Under the pieces are notes generated by a model. It was given only the letters and a program-made list of their open reading frames with translations. It had not been told where the DNA came from and searched no databases. Below are positions 58,383-64,000 of a stretch of 64,000 nt of DNA, in pieces. Each line of letters opens with the position of its first letter. Position 1 is the stretch's first letter. The DNA comes from Bacteroidota bacterium (GTDB lineage: Bacteria; Bacteroidota; Bacteroidia; AKYH767-A; OLB10): contig JBKCHO010000145.1 in the NCBI GenBank assembly GCA_046302815.1, positions 1,979-65,978 of the forward strand, read 5' to 3'. The translations under genes and the position numbers were made by a program.

Positions 58383-58991
58383 ATGTACTCCTACATAAGC
58401 GGAAAAATAAAATCCCTTACTCCCACTTCGGTTTTATTGGAAAATCAAGGTTTGGGATTTAACATTCAAATTTCTTTGCAAACATACTCGGCCATCAAGG
58501 ACCTAAAAGAGGCCCTGATCCATACATTTTGTGTCATAAAGGCTGAAAACCAATCGAATTCGTTTTTTGCGATTTACGGATTTGCAACAGAACAGGAGCG
58601 GCAGTTATTTATGCATTTAACTAGTGTTTCTGGTGTTGGGCACAATACAGCTCAATTGATTTTGTCCTCATTCGATCCAGATACATTAGTTCGTGTAATT
58701 TCCTCGGGTGATGCCAATACCATTATGAAAGTCAAGGGTATAGGCGGAAAAACGGCTCAAAGAATCATCATTGACCTAAAGGATAAGATTGGAAAAGGTT
58801 TTTCCGGGGAGACTGCACCAAGCAGTATTTCGGGCAATAATGTCAACGAGGAAGCGTTAAGTGCACTCTTGACACTCGGATTCAACCGTATTGCCTCGGA
58901 AAAAGCGTTGGCAAAGTCAACCAAGGACTTAGGGGCGGATGCCAAAGTTGAGGATTTGATCAAAAGCGCATTGAGCCATCTCGCTTCCTGA
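58383..58991 (+). CDS. ruvA: Holliday junction branch migration protein RuvA
   Basis: YISGK, IYGF, SVSGVG, VKGIGGKTAQRIIIDLKDK, ALSALLTLGF. Confidence 0.96.
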   Translation: MYSYISGKIKSLTPTSVLLENQGLGFNIQISLQTYSAIKDLKEALIHTFCVIKAENQSNSFFAIYGFATEQERQLFMHLTSVSGVGHNTAQLILSSFDPDTLVRVISSGDANTIMKVKGIGGKTAQRIIIDLKDKIGKGFSGETAPSSISGNNVNEEALSALLTLGFNRIASEKALAKSTKDLGADAKVEDLIKSALSHLAS

Positions 58992-59111
58992 CAACTTCCA
59001 AGAGGATAAATCCGGTCGAGCGTAGGGAAATTTGTAGTAATTTGGCAACAGTTAATTTTCGGACTTCGCTTCCCGGATAATGCCTGGGTAGGTGTCCCAA
59101 ATCGGGTATTT

Positions 59112-62100
59112 GTGCAACTCAAGCATTTCCTCAAATATAGCTTCACCACCGGCCTAGCCATGCCTGTTATTGGTATTGTTTTCGGCGCAGGTGTGATGAT
59201 AGAGCATCGGCGCTCTGAGCCTAAGTTGCCAGAACCGATCGAAGTGATAGCCCCACCAGATACTGGTAAAAAGGAACCGAAGTTGCCTTATCCTTTCCCA
59301 GATAATCTAACGGACCCTTTATCAAACCAACCCTCACAAAGTCCGTTATATCTTTCCAATCCATCAAACATTCAGCTTTCGGTTGACTATGATGAGAATG
59401 AAAACCAATATAACATTCAGCAAAAAATAGGCGATCGTTATTTCAGGGATCCGTCGTACATGACTTTTGATGAGTTTGTACGAAGTGAATACCGTCGTTC
59501 AACTCGCAACTATTGGAAAGAAATTTCGGGTACCTCAACAGGGGACCAGAAGAGAAACATTATCCCTAAAATCTATGTGGGAGGTCAGGCTTTCGATAGG
59601 ATTTTCGGCGGCAACACGATTGACATCCGTCCACAAGGTTCGGCGGAGCTCACTTTCGGACTTAACATTTACAGGAATGACAACCCTGCGATTCCTGAGA
59701 AACAGCGTCGTAACATCACATTTGACTTCAACGAAAAAATACAAATGAATGTGGTTGGCAACATCGGGGAAAAGCTGAAGCTAACCATCAACTACAACAC
59801 GGAAGCCAGTTTTGATTTCGAGAACAAGATGAAACTCGAATATACCGGTTTAGAGGACGAGATCATTAAGAAAATCGAAGCAGGGAATGTTTCTCTCCCG
59901 CTTAACGGTTCATTGATTCAAGGAAGCCAAAGCTTGTTCGGTATCAAAACACAATTGCAGTTTGGCAAACTGAAAGTAACAACCGTCGTATCTCAGCAAG
60001 AGGGCCAATCATCCACTATCGATGTACCTCCTGGAGGTGGACAACAATCCTCCTTTGAAATCCAAGCCGACCAATATGAGGCCAACAAACACTATTTCAT
60101 CTCCGGATATTTCAAAGACAACTACGACAAGGCATTGAAGGATCTGCCCATAATAAACTCTCCAGTCAACATCACCAAGATGGAAGTTTGGGTAACCAAC
60201 AAAAACAACAATACGGAAAACACCCGCGACATCGTTGCATTCATGGATCTTGGAGAGTACAAGATTTTCAGTAACGCGTTGATTTCTCAAGGGCCATCCG
60301 TTTTCCCATCAAACGACAAGTCAAACAATTTGTATTCGTTGATGAACGGCCAGTATCTCCAATCGCGTGATATCAACACCGTTTCACAAAGCCTTGATCC
60401 ATTGGCTGGTTCTCCATATGGTTTCGCACCCCAGCAGGATTATATCCGGTTGGTAGGAGCAAGAAAACTCAACCCTAACGAATTTACATTCCATCCTCAA
60501 CTTGGTTTCATTTCCCTGAACCAAGCGCTCAACTCAAATGAGGTTCTAGCCGTTGCTTATGAATACACCATTGGTAATGATGTTTTCACCGTTGGAGATC
60601 TTACAACCTCTGGTATCACTGCACCTAAGGCATTATTCGTAAAGCTTATTAAAAGTACCAATATCAACCCTAAGCTTCCAACTTGGGACTTGATGATGAA
60701 AAATGTCTACTCAATTGGCTCATTCCAAGTACAGCGAGATAACTTCCGACTGAATGTATTATACAGCGATAACACGGATGGACTGAAGAAAATTAACTAC
60801 CTACCTGTTCCTTCTTCAGAGACAAGTTTAAAAGGTGTGCCAATCATACAGGTACTTGGCCTAGATAGGCTTGATCAAAGGAACGACCCTTATGCGGACG
60901 GTATATTTGATTATGTTGAGGGTATCACAGTGAACTCCAGTAATGGCCGTATATTTTTCCCCGTGAGGGAGCCATTTGGTAGTTACTTAAGGACAAAGTT
61001 CATCGACAACAATGTGGCTAACAACTTTGTTTACGAACAATTGTACGATAGCACTAGGACTGCCGCCCAACAGCTACCCGAGCTTAACAAATTCACCATA
61101 GTAGGAACTTACCAAAGCTCATCTAGTTCCGAAATTTACCTCAATGCCATAAATATTCCGCAGGGGTCGGTTGTGGTCACTGCCGGTGGGGTTCCATTAC
61201 AGGAAAATGTGGATTACACCGTAGATTATAACCTCGGTCGAGTCAAAATCATCAATGCAGGCATCTTGGCCTCTGCTACTCCTATCAAAATTTCCTTGGA
61301 GAGCAACTCTCTCTTTAGCATTCAATCCAAATCGTTATACGGAGCCCGTTTCGATTACATGGTTAACAAGGACTTCAATCTGGGGGGGACCTTCCTGCAT
61401 TTGAATGAACGGCCTATCACCAGAAAAGTTAACATCGGGGATGAACCCATACGCAATACCATTTGGGGTGTCGACGGAACATACACTACAACCTCTGGAT
61501 TCATTACAAGACTCGTTGATAAGCTGCCGTTTATCGAGACGAAAGCGGAATCCAAGATTACAATAGCAGGCGAATTTGCAAATCTGATTCCGGGTACCTC
61601 TAGGGCCATTGGGAAGTCGGGCAATGCCTACATTGATGACTTTGAGGGTAGCCAATCAACTATTGATATTAGAAATCCCGGAACTTGGTCAATGTCATCC
61701 GTACCTCAAGGACAACCAAGTTTGTTTCCAGAGGCCGTTTTCAATGATTCCTTGATATCAGGATTCAATCGAGCAAGACTTGCGTGGTACAACATCGATC
61801 CTACTGTTTTCTATAGAAACAACAATAGTTTGTTGCCTCCAAACATAACCACTGTAGACTTGTCCAACCACAATGTCAGAGAGGTTTTGGAAACGGAGAT
61901 TTTCCCATTCAAGCAAAATCAAACAGGTCAAGCCACCAACATTAATATTCTAAATTTGGCTTATTTCCCATCGGAGCGTGGCCCGAACAACTATGATGTG
62001 AATGCGACATCTGTTTCTGCTGGGATAGATAACAACGGCGCTCTCATCAACCCATCCTCCCGTTGGGCTGGGATCATGCGTAGAATCGAGACCTATGATT

Positions 62101-64000
62101 TTGAAACATCCAATGTTGAATTCATTCAGTTTTGGGTGATGGATCCTTTCCACGACGAATCACTTAACAACGGATCCGGTGGAAAACTTTATTTCAACCT
62201 TGGTGATGTATCTGAGGACATCCTCAAGGACTCTTACAGGACATTCGAAAATGGCTTGCCTTCGCCAACCAATAATGCTACCGTTGATTCAACTAGTTGG
62301 GGATTGGTTCCAACAAATCCGAGTATTGTCAATGCCTTTGACAATGATCCTGCCTCTCGTGCCGCTCAAGATGTGGGCTTAGATGGTCTTTCATCCGACA
62401 ACGAACGCACCTTTTTCAAGGATCCATTCCTAGACCAAATTGAGGCTACATTCGGATCCGCATCACCAGCTTATCAAATTGCCAATACTGACCCCTCTTC
62501 GGACAACTTCCAATACTTCCGTGGCACCAATTTAGACAACATCAACGCCGATATCCTCACTCGTTACAAGCAATACAACGGAACCGATGGCAACTCAAAA
62601 ACATCAGAACAGTCGCCCGAGGCGTATGCCACATCAGCAACCAACATACCAGACGGTGAAGACATAAATCGTGATAACACGATGACGGATTTTGAAAACT
62701 ACTTTCAATATGAAGTGAGTCTTACCCCTGGACAAATGGTGGTTGGTACAAACTATATTGTTGACCAAGTAAGCACATCCGTCAGAACAGCCGACAATAC
62801 GGTAAAAAACATCAAGTGGTACCAATTCAAAATCCCGGTAAACACTCCTTCAAATGTGGTGGGTACTGGCGCAGATCTTAAGTCGGTTAACTTCATACGG
62901 ATGTTTATGAAGGATTTCGATTCCCCCATGGTTCTTCGTTTCGCAAGATTGGAGTTACTGAGAGGAGAATGGAGAAAATATCAATATCCACTGTTATCAA
63001 ACGGCGAATTCATACCAGTAGATCCTGGCGCCACACCATTTGATGTTACAGTAGTCAATTTGGAGGAGAATGGCGACAGAATACCTATTCGCTATGTTCT
63101 GCCTCCCGGGATTGACAGAGAGGTGAATGCAAGCTCTACCAACTTTCAAGAACTGAACGAGCAGTCGCTGAGTCTCAAAGTTTGCAACTTGGAGGACGGG
63201 GACGCACGTGCCGCATACAAGACCACCAGATTCGATGTTCGCAATTACAACAAGATCAAAATGTACCTCCATGCTGAGGATGGAGGACTAACCGATGAAT
63301 TGCAAGACGGCGAAGTCACTGCCTTCGTGCGATTGGGTTCCGACTTCGTGAACAATTATTACGAATATGAAGTGCCTCTAAAGGTTACGCGGTTTGGAGC
63401 TACATCGGAATCTGACATTTGGCCGGAAGCAAACAACATGGAAATTGATGTTGAAAAACTCATAAAGGGTAAACTAGCCCGAAACAATGTATATGCTGGT
63501 AACGGCAATCCCTACAGCACACCTTACATGTTTGCAGACGGCAACCGTAAGATCACGATTGTTGGTAATCCAACCTTAAGTGAGGTAAAAACGATTATGA
63601 TCGGTATACGGAATCCGAAAAAAGAAATCACGCCTGGTGATGATGGCTCATCCAAATGCGCTGTGGTATGGGTGAACGAACTCCGAATGAACGATTTTGA
63701 CAACAACGGAGGATGGGCTGCCAATGCACGGGTAACAGCCAAGCTTGCTGATTTGGGAAATCTAACCCTATCTGGCGCTCGAAGCACGGATGGGTTTGGT
63801 AGTCTTGAAAGCAAATTGAACAACCGCCAAAAAGAGAATATTACTCAATACGACTTATCTACTTCCTTGGAGTTTGGTCGTTTTTTGCCTCAAAAAACAG
63901 GGCTGTCGATTCCACTTTACTTCGGCATTTCAGAAACATTTAGCAACCCACAGTACAACCCTCTTGATCCTGATGTTCCCTTTGAGATGGCTTTGGATGA
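59112..64000 (+). CDS. sprA: T9SS translocon SprA/Sov (5' part; runs off window edge)
   Basis: Manual translation (GTG 59112 or ATG 59160): RIFGGNTIDIRPQGSAEL, KLEYTG.EDEIIKKIEAGNVSLPL, GSQSLFGIKTQLQFG, YIDDFEGS, WVNELR, PQYNPLDPD. The frame at the window end matches the start frame; maeB-ruvA-sprA synteny. Confidence 0.96.
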   Translation, partial: MQLKHFLKYSFTTGLAMPVIGIVFGAGVMIEHRRSEPKLPEPIEVIAPPDTGKKEPKLPYPFPDNLTDPLSNQPSQSPLYLSNPSNIQLSVDYDENENQYNIQQKIGDRYFRDPSYMTFDEFVRSEYRRSTRNYWKEISGTSTGDQKRNIIPKIYVGGQAFDRIFGGNTIDIRPQGSAELTFGLNIYRNDNPAIPEKQRRNITFDFNEKIQMNVVGNIGEKLKLTINYNTEASFDFENKMKLEYTGLEDEIIKKIEAGNVSLPLNGSLIQGSQSLFGIKTQLQFGKLKVTTVVSQQEGQSSTIDVPPGGGQQSSFEIQADQYEANKHYFISGYFKDNYDKALKDLPIINSPVNITKMEVWVTNKNNNTENTRDIVAFMDLGEYKIFSNALISQGPSVFPSNDKSNNLYSLMNGQYLQSRDINTVSQSLDPLAGSPYGFAPQQDYIRLVGARKLNPNEFTFHPQLGFISLNQALNSNEVLAVAYEYTIGNDVFTVGDLTTSGITAPKALFVKLIKSTNINPKLPTWDLMMKNVYSIGSFQVQRDNFRLNVLYSDNTDGLKKINYLPVPSSETSLKGVPIIQVLGLDRLDQRNDPYADGIFDYVEGITVNSSNGRIFFPVREPFGSYLRTKFIDNNVANNFVYEQLYDSTRTAAQQLPELNKFTIVGTYQSSSSSEIYLNAINIPQGSVVVTAGGVPLQENVDYTVDYNLGRVKIINAGILASATPIKISLESNSLFSIQSKSLYGARFDYMVNKDFNLGGTFLHLNERPITRKVNIGDEPIRNTIWGVDGTYTTTSGFITRLVDKLPFIETKAESKITIAGEFANLIPGTSRAIGKSGNAYIDDFEGSQSTIDIRNPGTWSMSSVPQGQPSLFPEAVFNDSLISGFNRARLAWYNIDPTVFYRNNNSLLPPNITTVDLSNHNVREVLETEIFPFKQNQTGQATNINILNLAYFPSERGPNNYDVNATSVSAGIDNNGALINPSSRWAGIMRRIETYDFETSNVEFIQFWVMDPFHDESLNNGSGGKLYFNLGDVSEDILKDSYRTFENGLPSPTNNATVDSTSWGLVPTNPSIVNAFDNDPASRAAQDVGLDGLSSDNERTFFKDPFLDQIEATFGSASPAYQIANTDPSSDNFQYFRGTNLDNINADILTRYKQYNGTDGNSKTSEQSPEAYATSATNIPDGEDINRDNTMTDFENYFQYEVSLTPGQMVVGTNYIVDQVSTSVRTADNTVKNIKWYQFKIPVNTPSNVVGTGADLKSVNFIRMFMKDFDSPMVLRFARLELLRGEWRKYQYPLLSNGEFIPVDPGATPFDVTVVNLEENGDRIPIRYVLPPGIDREVNASSTNFQELNEQSLSLKVCNLEDGDARAAYKTTRFDVRNYNKIKMYLHAEDGGLTDELQDGEVTAFVRLGSDFVNNYYEYEVPLKVTRFGATSESDIWPEANNMEIDVEKLIKGKLARNNVYAGNGNPYSTPYMFADGNRKITIVGNPTLSEVKTIMIGIRNPKKEITPGDDGSSKCAVVWVNELRMNDFDNNGGWAANARVTAKLADLGNLTLSGARSTDGFGSLESKLNNRQKENITQYDLSTSLEFGRFLPQKTGLSIPLYFGISETFSNPQYNPLDPDVPFEMALD

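Noticed and set aside
56119-64000. maeB-ruvA-sprA juxtaposition of unrelated functions
   Set aside because: Familiar conserved synteny in Bacteroidota, not novel.
1-64000. CRISPR arrays, tRNA/rRNA, IS elements, integrases, prophage or defence genes
   Set aside because: None seen; intergenic gaps are about 330 bp or shorter and are explained by promoters, terminators or the riboswitch.

Overview
A dense stretch of Bacteroidota core chromosome: no Shine-Dalgarno pattern is evident, TAnnTTTG promoter elements recur, and gliding/T9SS genes are present. In order: the dcw cell-division cluster on the minus strand (mraZ-rsmH-ftsL-ftsI-murE-mraY-murD-ftsW-murG-murC-ftsQ-ftsA-ftsZ, running off the left edge); a divergent glsA/glsB-like amino-lipid acyltransferase pair and yihA; gldC and a frameshifted gldB; a PorT-like barrel and nadE; a 2-oxoacid:ferredoxin oxidoreductase; trmB and a glycosyltransferase; a cobalamin riboswitch ahead of btuB-btuG; the CBS-Omp85-nadK-2x DUF6089/PorG-uppS-bamA-2x skp-murI envelope cluster; pdxJ; a DUF2723 gene plus a NodB deacetylase; ispG, ferritin, ctpA, rpoN, asnS; two divergent T9SS cargo proteins; maeB-ruvA-sprA (sprA runs off the right edge). 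I found no rRNA, tRNA, CRISPR array, mobile element or defence island, and no clearly new multi-gene system. The best leads are the gldB frameshift at a (GT)3 run, a divergent pair of Cys-motif T9SS cargoes (Omp28 CxxC and CxxxC), an orphan single-POTRA Omp85 beside tandem PorG paralogues, the riboswitch expression platform, and MraZ-type boxes shared between the dcw and amino-lipid genes. All family calls come from reading motifs and synteny; no database search was run.
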